A stretch of DNA of 64,000 nt. Source: Anaerolineae bacterium (GTDB taxonomy: Bacteria > Chloroflexota > Anaerolineae > B4-G1 > DUEL01). Made by a program: the position numbers and the translations under genes. The stretch spans positions 9,723 through 73,722 of the forward strand of contig JBMFKS010000003.1 of NCBI GenBank assembly GCA_049972045.1, read 5' to 3'. The notes below the pieces were generated by a model. That model did not search any database. It saw only the letters and a program-made list of their open reading frames with translations, and was not told the origin of the DNA. Positions 12,328 through 21,028 of the stretch are shown here, one piece after another; within the stretch, counting starts at the first letter, position 1, and each line of letters opens with the position of its first letter.

Positions 12328-13977
12328 ATGCCCGATACCCGACAGCCCAGTGAGATCACTGAATTTCAGGACTGGCAGGCTCGCGCGCTGAACGTTCTCC
12401 TGTTCGCGCTGACTCTCACCGCGACCCCAGTGATCATTTTCGTCGGAGTGGAAGCGATTCGCGCTCCGGAACGGGGTGCCGCCGCGCCGCTATTTGGTGC
12501 CTTGTACGTTTTTCTGGTCCTTCTGACCGTGCTCCGTCGGCTTCCGCAACGGATCCGGCTGATCGGTTTTCTGATCGTGGGGTATGCGGTAGCGGTGACC
12601 GCCTTTCTGCGGGGGGGGCTGGTCGGGGATGGACGCCTTTTCCTGATGATTCTCCCCCTGATGGCCCTGGCCCTCTCGGACCTGCGAATGGGCCTGGCTG
12701 CCGGCATTTGCAGTCTCCTGATTCATCTGGCTTTTGTGCTGTTTGCCCACCTGGGATGGCTCTCCCAGTGGGTCGTGGTGAAGGAGAACCCGCTGGCCCT
12801 CGGCGACTGGCTCACGGCCACGGCCGTTTTCCTGATGCTCCTGGCGGGCCTGTTCGTCATTGTGGGGCTCTCCAACCGCTCGCTGATCCGGGCCCTGGAG
12901 GCGAGCCGCCAGTTGGCGCAGGAACGGGCCGCGGCCTATAACCTGCTGGAGGGGCAGACCCGGGAACTGGAGCGGCGGACTCGCTGGCTGGAGGCCGCGA
13001 CCCATGCCGCTCGGGAGGCCGCTACGCTGGAAGAGCCGGATGTCCTGCTCTCCCGGGTGGCCGAGGAACTGGCCCGACGGATGGACTTGGAGGAGGTGAT
13101 TTTCTACACTGCGGGTCCGGAAGGCGAATTGGTTGCCCGGGCGATGGCGGAAAGTCGGCAGGTTGTGCCGGTGGATGTCATGCCCTCCGGCGCGTCGCCG
13201 CTGGCTCGGGAGGCCCTCCAGAGCGGCGCCGTCCGGTCGGGGTGGTGGGGTGGCCTGTACGAGGTAGCCTCCCCGCTGCGGCTTCAGGAGCGGACGCTAG
13301 GGGTGATGGTGGTTCGTTTCCCCACCGAAATCCGGATGGACGGGGCAGAGGCCGTCGTCTTGGGGTTAATCGCGAACCAACTGGCGGTGGCCCTGGAGAA
13401 CGCCCGCCTCTTCTCCGAAACCCGGGCCAGCCTGCGGGAACTGGAAGCCCTCTATCGCCGATACACGACCCAGGCCTGGGAACGGTTCGTCCGGGAGGCT
13501 CCGGAGAGTGTCCGCCTGTGGACGGGGCCGGAGGAGGTGCCGGAGGGGGTCTGGCAGGGCCTCTTTGAGCAGGCCCGCGCCTCCGGCTCGGTCGCGGTGG
13601 GCGAGGAGGATTCCCGGTACCTGCTGGCCGTGCCGGTGAAACTGCGGGGCGTGGCGATTGGTGTGCTGGGATTCCATCGGGAGCAGGCGGCGGGCCGGTG
13701 GCGTCCGGAGGAGATTGCCGCGGCGGAGACGGTGGCGGAACGGCTCGCGCTGGCGGTGGAGAACGCCCGTTTGCTGGAAGAGGCTCATCGCCGGGCCGCC
13801 CGGGAGCATCTGGTCGCCGAAATCACCGCCCGGCTGCGGGCCTCCCTGGACCCGGATACCGTCCTCAAGACCACCGTCCGGGAACTGGGGCGGGCGCTGC
13901 GGGCCCGCTGGGCGGCGGTGGAGATCACCGGACCGCTGCAGGAGGGGACGGGCCGCTCGCAGGAGGTAGGGGGATGA
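12328..13977 (+). CDS. Polytopic membrane N-domain fused to GAF domains (output-less sensor)
   Basis: A strong RBS (caaggagg) lies 8 nt before the ATG at 12328, and the longer ORF begins at 12265. There are 5-6 TM helices and then GAF-like regions (LGVMVVRFP..., [30 protein letters not shown]). The frame differs from the 10077 gene, and the two genes overlap by up to 28 nt. Confidence 0.75.
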   Translation: MPDTRQPSEITEFQDWQARALNVLLFALTLTATPVIIFVGVEAIRAPERGAAAPLFGALYVFLVLLTVLRRLPQRIRLIGFLIVGYAVAVTAFLRGGLVGDGRLFLMILPLMALALSDLRMGLAAGICSLLIHLAFVLFAHLGWLSQWVVVKENPLALGDWLTATAVFLMLLAGLFVIVGLSNRSLIRALEASRQLAQERAAAYNLLEGQTRELERRTRWLEAATHAAREAATLEEPDVLLSRVAEELARRMDLEEVIFYTAGPEGELVARAMAESRQVVPVDVMPSGASPLAREALQSGAVRSGWWGGLYEVASPLRLQERTLGVMVVRFPTEIRMDGAEAVVLGLIANQLAVALENARLFSETRASLRELEALYRRYTTQAWERFVREAPESVRLWTGPEEVPEGVWQGLFEQARASGSVAVGEEDSRYLLAVPVKLRGVAIGVLGFHREQAAGRWRPEEIAAAETVAERLALAVENARLLEEAHRRAAREHLVAEITARLRASLDPDTVLKTTVRELGRALRARWAAVEITGPLQEGTGRSQEVGG

Positions 13978-16289
13978 ACATCCAGATGAGCGCATTCTGG
14001 ATTGACCTGATTGTCTACGGGGCAGTGGCGGTGATCTCCGCTGTGCAGATTCTCGTTGTCCTGGGAGCGGGTATCCGGCGGCGGGTGAACCTGCTCTTTG
14101 CTTGGATGATGCTGATGATTGCCCTGTGGACGGGTACCGCTGTGGTGCTCCGGGTTTCCCTCTGGCGGGTCTGGCAGGCAGGGCCGGTTCAGCAGTTCTG
14201 GATGGAAATCTCTTCGCTGGCATTCCTCCTGATCGCCCCGCTGATGCTGGCCTTCAGTGCGGCCTATATAGAGACAAAGGCCCGCTGGCCCTACTGGCTC
14301 AGCCTTCTGGGGCTGGCGGGAATCGGCCTTTTTGCCGTTCCTCTTTTCCGCCATCAGGTAGTCTATAATGTCCACATCACCCCTTCCGGAGTAATATCCT
14401 GGGACCGTACGCCGCTCGCTTTCATCCTCTCTCTGCCCCAGACGGTTGGTCCGATTCTGAGCCTGGTTTTGCTGTGGCAGGAGCGGCGAATCCGGGATTA
14501 CTCCCTGATGGCGGCTTTCACTCTGATGCTGGTCTCTTCTCTGCTTTTTTCCGTCATTCAGGTGAACTTTCCATCCCTCAGCCTGACGACCCTGGTCGTG
14601 GTGGTGCTTCTGGCCTACGCGGTGCTGAACCGCCAACTCTTTCGCCCCCTGCGGGAGTTGACCCGGGAGTTGGAGAAGCGGGTGGAGGAGCGGACCCGGG
14701 AACTGGCGGAAACCTCCCTCCGCCTGCAGGAGGCCAACCGCGATCTGGCCCGCCGGACAGCCCAATTGGAAGCCGCTTCCGCAGTGGCCCGCCGTGCGGC
14801 CGAAATCCACGCTGTGGATGCTCTGCTGAACGAGACCGTTCGCCTCATCTCCGACCGCTTCGGCTTCTACCACGCGGGCATCTTCCTGATAGACGAAGCC
14901 CGGGAGTACGTCGTCCTGCGGGCCGCCTCGTCCGAGGGCGGGCAGCGGATGCTGGCCCGGGGCCACCGGCTTGCCGTCGGCGAGGAAGGGATCGTCGGCT
15001 ATGTGGCGGGGACGGGAAAGCCGCGGATCGCGCTGGACGTGGGCGAGGACGCGGTTTTCTTCAGCAACCCTGACCTCCCCCACACCCGCTCGGAGATGGC
15101 GTTGCCGCTGAAGGTGGGGGAGCAGGTCATCGGTGTGCTGGACGTCCAGTCGGTGGAGCCCTCCGCATTCACCGATGAGGATGTGACGGTCCTGCAGACG
15201 ATGGCCGATCAGATTGCCCTGGCCATTGAGAATGCCCGTCTGCTGGCGGAAGTCCAGGACCGCCTGCGGGAGGTGGAGACCCTGAGCCGGGAGTATGTCC
15301 GCCGGGAGTGGGAGCAGATGGTCTCCGAGCGGCCCGGCTGGGGGTACATCTACGACGGCGTAGAGGTGAGGCCCCGGGAGCGGGTTTCTCCTCCCGAAGG
15401 GGTTTCGCCGGGTATCACGGTCCCCTTGCAACTGGCAACAGGCGAGACCATCGGGCAAGTGGCGCTGGCTCTCCCCCATCGGCCTCCCACCGACGAGGAC
15501 GTGGCCCTGGCTCAGGCAGTGGCCCAGCAGGCCGCGCTGGCGTTGGAAAGCGCCCGCCTCTTCCAGGAGACCCGGCGGACGCTGGAGGAGATGGAATCCC
15601 TGTTCCGGGCCAGTGAGGCGATCAACACGGCCAGCACCCCCGATGACGTCCTGCGTGCATTTGTGGACCACGTGGTCCCGCCCCAGATTGACCGCTGTGT
15701 ATTGGCGCTCTTGGACCCCGAGAGTCCTTCAGAGGAGATGGCGGTGGATGCGGTGGCGGCCTGGGATCGGGGGAAGGAACGATCGCCTTCCCTGGGCCGC
15801 CGCTGGAGCATAGCTCAGATTCCCTTCATCGCCCGACGGTCTACGGAGCCGGTGGTCATATCGGACGTGGCGACATATCCAGACGTGGACGAGGTATCCC
15901 GATATGTGTTCATGAACGTCCTGGGGGTTCGGGCGGTCCTGGGAATCCCGCTGGTGGCCGGCGGGCGGCTCCTGGGCTGGCTGATGGTGGAGTCCCTCAC
16001 CAGACCCTACGAATTCAGCGAGCGGGAAGTCCGCCTCTACCGGACGCTGGCCGACCAGGCCGCGCTGGCGCTGGAGCGAATGCGCCTCTTTGAGGAGACC
16101 CGGCGCCGGGCGGAATGGGAGCGCATTCGCGCCGAGGTCGCCGCCCGCGTGCGCGCCTCTACCGACATAGAGACCATCCTGCGCACCGCCGTTCGGGAAA
16201 TGGGGCGGGCCTTCCGGGCGGCGGAGGGGGTCATCCAGTTGCACGGAGGGGACGGCCGGAAGGAGGGGGAATGGAGCAAGACGTCGTGA
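13974..16289 (+). CDS. 7-8 TM N-domain + coiled coil + 3-4 GAF domains (output-less sensor)
   Basis: The ATG at 13974 overlaps the upstream stop as ATGA. The N-terminal ~330 aa are hydrophobic. The rest contains LRELTRELEKRVEERTRELAETSLRLQEANRDLARRTAQLEAA and the conserved GAF cassette FGFYHAGIFLIDEAREYVVLRAASSEGG... Confidence 0.8.
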   Translation: MNIQMSAFWIDLIVYGAVAVISAVQILVVLGAGIRRRVNLLFAWMMLMIALWTGTAVVLRVSLWRVWQAGPVQQFWMEISSLAFLLIAPLMLAFSAAYIETKARWPYWLSLLGLAGIGLFAVPLFRHQVVYNVHITPSGVISWDRTPLAFILSLPQTVGPILSLVLLWQERRIRDYSLMAAFTLMLVSSLLFSVIQVNFPSLSLTTLVVVVLLAYAVLNRQLFRPLRELTRELEKRVEERTRELAETSLRLQEANRDLARRTAQLEAASAVARRAAEIHAVDALLNETVRLISDRFGFYHAGIFLIDEAREYVVLRAASSEGGQRMLARGHRLAVGEEGIVGYVAGTGKPRIALDVGEDAVFFSNPDLPHTRSEMALPLKVGEQVIGVLDVQSVEPSAFTDEDVTVLQTMADQIALAIENARLLAEVQDRLREVETLSREYVRREWEQMVSERPGWGYIYDGVEVRPRERVSPPEGVSPGITVPLQLATGETIGQVALALPHRPPTDEDVALAQAVAQQAALALESARLFQETRRTLEEMESLFRASEAINTASTPDDVLRAFVDHVVPPQIDRCVLALLDPESPSEEMAVDAVAAWDRGKERSPSLGRRWSIAQIPFIARRSTEPVVISDVATYPDVDEVSRYVFMNVLGVRAVLGIPLVAGGRLLGWLMVESLTRPYEFSEREVRLYRTLADQAALALERMRLFEETRRRAEWERIRAEVAARVRASTDIETILRTAVREMGRAFRAAEGVIQLHGGDGRKEGEWSKTS

Positions 16290-17215
16290 TCCTCATCCGC
16301 CAGAAATTGCCGGAACTGATGCGCACCGACCCGGAGATTCGGGAGTGGATTCTGGAACTGGGGCGGGAGTATTTCGCCGACCGGGCCCAGACCGACTCCC
16401 GCTTTGAGCAGATGCTGGAAGAACTACGCCGGGACCGGGAGGAATGGAGCCGCCGCTGGGAAGAGGAGAAAGCCGAGCGGGAGCGGCGGCTGGCAGAGGA
16501 GCGCGCGGAATCGGACCGCCGCTGGCGGAGGTGGCTGGCCCAATATGAGCGTCGCTGGCAACGGCAACTGGAAGAATGGAACCGCCGCTGGGAGGAAGAG
16601 AAAGCCGAAAGGCGCCGCCAGTGGGAGGAGGGAATGGCCGAATGGCGCCGCCAGTGGGAGGAGGAGAAGGCCGAATGGCGTCGCCAGTGGGAGGAGGGAA
16701 TGGCCGAATGGCGCCGCCAGTGGGAGGAGGGAATGGCCGAATGGCGCCGCCAGTGGGAGGAGAACCGGCAGGAGCATCAGGAGTTTCGGGCCTCCTTTGA
16801 CCGCCTGCTCCAGCGGGTAGATAGCAAAATCTCGGCCATCGGCGCTCGGTGGGGGATCTTCGCCGAATCGGCCTTCCGCGAGGGCATCCAGGCCATCCTG
16901 GAAGAGAGTTTCGGGGTGCAGGTCCTCCGATACCAGGCCTGGGACGAGCAGGGAGAGGTCTTTGACCAGCCGGACCAGGTGGAACTGGACCTCATCATCC
17001 GGGATGGCACCCTGATCATCTGCGAGATCAAATCCTCCATGAGTCGCTCGGATATGTACACCTTTGCCCGGAAAGTCCGTTTCTACGAACGGCACGAGGG
17101 TCGCCGGGCGAACCGGCGGATGGTGATTTCCCCGATGGTGGAGGAACGGGCCCTTCAGGTGGCCCATCGGTTGGGGATAGAGGTCTATACCCATGCCGAC
17201 GAGGTGCCGTTATAA
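16271..17215 (+). CDS. Coiled-coil protein with C-terminal Hjc-like PD-(D/E)XK domain; paralog of 8352..9191
   Basis: The ATG at 16271 follows GGAGG and lies 19 nt inside the upstream gene. A W/E/R-rich repeat reads RRQWEEGMAEW x ~4. The C-terminus, IGARWGIFAESAFREG...FDQPDQVELDLIIRDGTLIICEIKSSMSRSDMYTFARKVRFYER, is colinear with the 8352 protein. Confidence 0.6.
   Translation: MEQDVVILIRQKLPELMRTDPEIREWILELGREYFADRAQTDSRFEQMLEELRRDREEWSRRWEEEKAERERRLAEERAESDRRWRRWLAQYERRWQRQLEEWNRRWEEEKAERRRQWEEGMAEWRRQWEEEKAEWRRQWEEGMAEWRRQWEEGMAEWRRQWEENRQEHQEFRASFDRLLQRVDSKISAIGARWGIFAESAFREGIQAILEESFGVQVLRYQAWDEQGEVFDQPDQVELDLIIRDGTLIICEIKSSMSRSDMYTFARKVRFYERHEGRRANRRMVISPMVEERALQVAHRLGIEVYTHADEVPL
16608..16765 (+). 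repeat. In-frame 33-bp tandem repeat (~4.5 copies) encoding RRQWEE[G/E][M/K]AEW
   Basis: Direct repeats of cgccgccagtgggaggagggaatggccgaatgg are visible. Confidence 0.85.
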
Positions 17216-17266
17216 GCGAGACAACTGCGTGCGGTTGTCCGCCGCAAGAGGCGCAGGAGCACGATC

Positions 17267-19153
17267 ATGGAGCAAAGGATTCCGATCTCGCGAACCCCAA
17301 ACACCCTGGGCGGACGGCTGGCCGGCCTGGCCCTAATTCTCATCCTGATCGTACTGGCCGGCGGGGTGGTCGTCATCCGCCAGTTAATCCGCATCCGCGA
17401 CGCGGTGATCGCGATGCAGGAAGCCTCTACCCATATGGAGATGGCCCTCTCATCGGCCCACCAGACGACCGAACTGGTGCTCAATGTCCGGGAAGGCGTG
17501 GGCCAGGGACTGGGCGGGGCGGAATTGAACCAGCGGCTGGCTCCGTATCTGGTCACCCTGGAGACCCAGCGGCAGGCGCTGCAGGTAGAGGCGGAGCATC
17601 TTCCTCCCGGGAGTGACCTCCAGGCTCGGATGGCTACCGTGGGGACGGTTCTGGGAAACGTGAGCGGCGTGGCCCGCCAGATTCTCCAGGCGGTGGAACA
17701 GGAGGACCGGACTTGGGCCCGCTATCTGCTGGCCCAACTGAGTGTGAATCACCGACTGGTGGAACAAGAGACCATCCAACTGGTCGTGCTGGCCCGGGCG
17801 CGCCATGAACAGGCCCAGGCAGAGGCCCGCCTGGCCGCGCGACGGGTGCTTATCGTGGTCCCATTGGCGACGGTGGCGGTGATTCTGGTCGCGGCCGGGG
17901 CGGCCGTTCTGCTCCTGAGGGGGGTGGTCACCGGGGTCCGCATGCTCTCCGACTCCGCCGGGCAGTTGGCGGTGGGCCGCCTGGAGACCCGGGTGCCGGA
18001 GCGGGGATTGGAGGAGTTCCGCTTCCTGGCCCGGACCTTCAACAATATGGCTTCCGAACTCCAGCAACTGTATACCGGCTTGGAACGGCTGGTAGCCCGG
18101 CGCACCGCCGATCTGGCCCGCCGGACGGCCCAACTGGAAGCCGCTGCCTTCGTCGCCCGCCGCGCCGCCGAAATCCGCGATGTGGACACGCTTCTCAACG
18201 AGACCGTCCGCCTCATCTCCGACCGCTTCGGCTTCTACCACGCGGGGATCTTCCTGATAGACGAGGCGGGGGAATATGCCGTTCTGCGGGCGGCTTCTTC
18301 GGAGGGTGGGCGGCGGATGCTGGCCCGGGGCCACCGGCTGGCAGTGGGGAAGGTGGGCATCGTCGGCACCGTGGCGGGGACCGGCAGGCCCCGCATCGCG
18401 CTGGACGTGGGAGAGGATGCCGTCTTCTTTGACAATCCCGACCTGCCGCTGACCCGTTCGGAGATGGCGGTGCCGTTGAAGGTGGGAGACCGGGTCATCG
18501 GCGTGCTGGATGTGCAGTCCGTGGAGCCGGAAGCCTTCACGGACGAGGACGTGGCGGTCTTGCAGACGATGGCCGACCAGATCGCCCTGGCCATTGAGAA
18601 CGCCCGACTCCTGGAGGAGAGCCGCCGGGCACTGGAGGAACTGGAACGGTTGTACGGGGTGCGGGCGCGGGAAGCCTGGGAAATCGTGGCATCTTCTCGC
18701 CCGGCTGTTTACCGCTATACCGGAACGGATGTGGAACCGCTTCCAGCGCCGGTTCCGCCGACCGGTGAGGGGGATGGTCGCCATCTGACCGTGCCCATCC
18801 GCCTCTGGGGCCAGGCCATTGGCTCCATCCTGCTGCAACGCACGGAGGAGCAACCTCCCTGGTCGCCGGAGGAGCGGCAGTTGGGGGAGGAGATCGGGGA
18901 GCAGATCGCCCTGGCGCTGGAGAACGCCCGCCTGATCGCGGAGACGGAGAGCCGGGCCGCCCGGGAGCGGATGCTGGCCGAGATGACGGCCCGCCTGACT
19001 CGTTCGCTGGATATAGATGCCCTTCTGGATGCAGCGGTCCGGGAACTGGCCCGGCTGCCGGAGGTGGCGGAGGTGGCCGTCTATGTGGGCGGGCAGGAAG
19101 TATCATCCCCGCTCTCCCGAGAGCCCGGGCGGCGGGAGAGAGGGCGCGGGTAA
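17267..19153 (+). CDS. Membrane sensor protein: TM-helical periplasmic domain-TM-HAMP-S-helix-GAF-GAF, no output domain
   Basis: Two TM helices flank a ~170-aa helical domain. A HAMP domain (MLSDSAGQLAVGRLETRVPERGLEEFRFLARTFNNMASEL) is followed by the conserved GAF cassette and a second GAF-like region. Confidence 0.8.
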   Translation: MEQRIPISRTPNTLGGRLAGLALILILIVLAGGVVVIRQLIRIRDAVIAMQEASTHMEMALSSAHQTTELVLNVREGVGQGLGGAELNQRLAPYLVTLETQRQALQVEAEHLPPGSDLQARMATVGTVLGNVSGVARQILQAVEQEDRTWARYLLAQLSVNHRLVEQETIQLVVLARARHEQAQAEARLAARRVLIVVPLATVAVILVAAGAAVLLLRGVVTGVRMLSDSAGQLAVGRLETRVPERGLEEFRFLARTFNNMASELQQLYTGLERLVARRTADLARRTAQLEAAAFVARRAAEIRDVDTLLNETVRLISDRFGFYHAGIFLIDEAGEYAVLRAASSEGGRRMLARGHRLAVGKVGIVGTVAGTGRPRIALDVGEDAVFFDNPDLPLTRSEMAVPLKVGDRVIGVLDVQSVEPEAFTDEDVAVLQTMADQIALAIENARLLEESRRALEELERLYGVRAREAWEIVASSRPAVYRYTGTDVEPLPAPVPPTGEGDGRHLTVPIRLWGQAIGSILLQRTEEQPPWSPEERQLGEEIGEQIALALENARLIAETESRAARERMLAEMTARLTRSLDIDALLDAAVRELARLPEVAEVAVYVGGQEVSSPLSREPGRRERGRG

Positions 19154-19168
19154 GAACAGGGGAGCACT

Positions 19169-19774
19169 ATGAGGGTGACGACGTATCCGGAGGTCAAAAC
19201 CCCGGAGCAGATTCTCTACGAGTGGTTTGCCGAGCGGGTCTGGGAGGAGGACCTTTATCTGGAACTGGCGAACCGGGGGAACGTCTATGTGGAACTGGAC
19301 GACGGGAGGATCGTGTTTCCGATGATGCCGACCGTGCTGCACCAGATGGTCGTCCTGAACCTGGCCACCGCCCTGCGGGCGTACGCGCGCTCGCTTCCCG
19401 CACCCGGCCGGGTGTTGATCGCTCCGACGCCGATCCGTCTCTGGCCCCTGAAGATTCGGGAGCCCGATGTGGTGTTCTATAGGGCCGAACATCTGGACCG
19501 GGTGGGCGAGCAGGTGAGCGGGGTGCCCGATTTCGTCGCCGAGGTCCTTTCGCCGTCCACCCTGGCGCTGGATACCGGGCAGAAGATGGTGGAATATGCC
19601 CTGGCGGGCATCCCCGAGTACTGGCTGGTGGACCCGGACCGCCGGACCGTTGCCGTCTATGTCCTGGAAGGGACGGGTTACCGTCTGGCCGGAGAATACG
19701 GTGTCGGTCAGCGGGTAGCGGCGCAGACTCTGCCCGGCTTTTCGCTGGATGTGGATGAACTCTGGATGCCGTAA
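19169..19774 (+). CDS. Uma2-family (DUF820) restriction-endonuclease-fold protein
   Basis: GVPDFVAEVLSPSTLALDTGQKMVEYALAGIPEYWLVDPDRRTVAVY is the Uma2 signature. It starts 15 nt after the GAF-gene stop. Confidence 0.85.
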   Translation: MRVTTYPEVKTPEQILYEWFAERVWEEDLYLELANRGNVYVELDDGRIVFPMMPTVLHQMVVLNLATALRAYARSLPAPGRVLIAPTPIRLWPLKIREPDVVFYRAEHLDRVGEQVSGVPDFVAEVLSPSTLALDTGQKMVEYALAGIPEYWLVDPDRRTVAVYVLEGTGYRLAGEYGVGQRVAAQTLPGFSLDVDELWMP

Positions 19775-19789
19775 CGTTGCCCATCATGG

Positions 19790-20983
19790 ATGACCGAGGT
19801 GAGCCCGATGGAGACCTATGATGTCATCATCGTCGGTGCCGGCCCGGCGGGCCTATCCACGGCATTGCACCTGCAGCAGATGTCGCCCGATCTGGCCTCC
19901 CGGACTGTAATCCTGGAAAAGGCCCGTCACCCGCGCCCGAAACTCTGCGGTGGGGGGGTTCTGCCCGATGGAGAGATGGTTCTGGCGGATTTGGGCCTGG
20001 ATGTGGCCGAAGTGCCCTCTATGGAGGCAGTTTTCTCCTGCTTTGTTTTTGAGGATAGGGGGGCATGTCTGCGCGGAACGGCCCCTTACGCTTTTCGTGT
20101 TTTCCGCCGGGACGAGTTTGATGCCTGGCTGGCGCGCAAAGCGATGGAACGGGGACTGGACCTGCGGGAGGAGATACCGGTAATCGGGGTAGTTCCCGGC
20201 GACCCGTATGTGGAGATCATCACCGCCAGAGGTACCTACCGGGCCCGGGTAGTAGTCGCGGCGGATGGTGCGCACAGTCGGATCCGGCGGGTGATAGAAG
20301 ACCGCCGCAGGTCGCACTATATCTATGCGCTCTCCACGGTGACTCCGCCTCTTCCGGACGGGTCCTCTCATCGCCCGGAGCAGGCGTATTTTGACTTTAC
20401 CGCGATTTCCCGTGGCATACCCGGCTATATCTGGGACTTTCCCACTCAGGTGGAAGGGCAGCCGATGCGTTCCTGGGGGATTTACGACAGCAACACAGGG
20501 AGCCGGGACCCCCGTCGGAAGCAGGAACTCCTGGCAGCCGAAATGGCGCGACAGGGGTATCGGCTGGAGGAGTTTCCCCTGCAGGGGGAATCGGTCTACG
20601 CGTTCAGCCCGCGCAACGTCTTCTCCGCGCCGCACATTTTGCTGGTTGGCGATGCCCTGGGCGTGGAGAAAATGTTCGGTGAAGGGGTCAGCCCAGCAAT
20701 CGGGTGCGGCCGGATCGCAGTGGAAGCGATTGTGGACGCTTTCGCCAAGGGAGATTTTTCGTTCAAGGACTATCGGAGGCGTGTGTTGACCAGCGAGGTG
20801 GGGAAGGCCCTGACGGCGCGGGTCTTTCTTGCTGAAGTTCTCTACCGTGTCCGGAATCCCGTTGTTCAACGTTTCGTCTGGTGGCGGATGGGACGGCTTA
20901 TGAAATGGGGCGTTCAGCATATCCTGGCCAACTGGGCGGAGCGTGGTCGGAAAGCCCAGGGGAAGCCGCATCGGGAAGGCTAA
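19790..20983 (+). CDS. FAD-dependent oxidoreductase, geranylgeranyl-reductase-like family
   Basis: YDVIIVGAGPAGLSTALHL is a dinucleotide-binding GxGxxG motif. The protein is ~390 aa. Confidence 0.8.
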   Translation: MTEVSPMETYDVIIVGAGPAGLSTALHLQQMSPDLASRTVILEKARHPRPKLCGGGVLPDGEMVLADLGLDVAEVPSMEAVFSCFVFEDRGACLRGTAPYAFRVFRRDEFDAWLARKAMERGLDLREEIPVIGVVPGDPYVEIITARGTYRARVVVAADGAHSRIRRVIEDRRRSHYIYALSTVTPPLPDGSSHRPEQAYFDFTAISRGIPGYIWDFPTQVEGQPMRSWGIYDSNTGSRDPRRKQELLAAEMARQGYRLEEFPLQGESVYAFSPRNVFSAPHILLVGDALGVEKMFGEGVSPAIGCGRIAVEAIVDAFAKGDFSFKDYRRRVLTSEVGKALTARVFLAEVLYRVRNPVVQRFVWWRMGRLMKWGVQHILANWAERGRKAQGKPHREG

Positions 20984-21028
20984 CAACCGGCCTGCTGATT
21001 GTAGCGGAAGGAGAGGCTGGAGGAAAGG

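Noticed and set aside
10077-13977. Single frameshifted gene spanning 10077-13977
   Set aside because: The 12265 ORF overlaps the 10077 gene end in a different frame. The downstream protein begins with its own polytopic membrane domain and has a strong RBS (AAGGAGG) before the ATG at 12328. These are interpreted as two genes.
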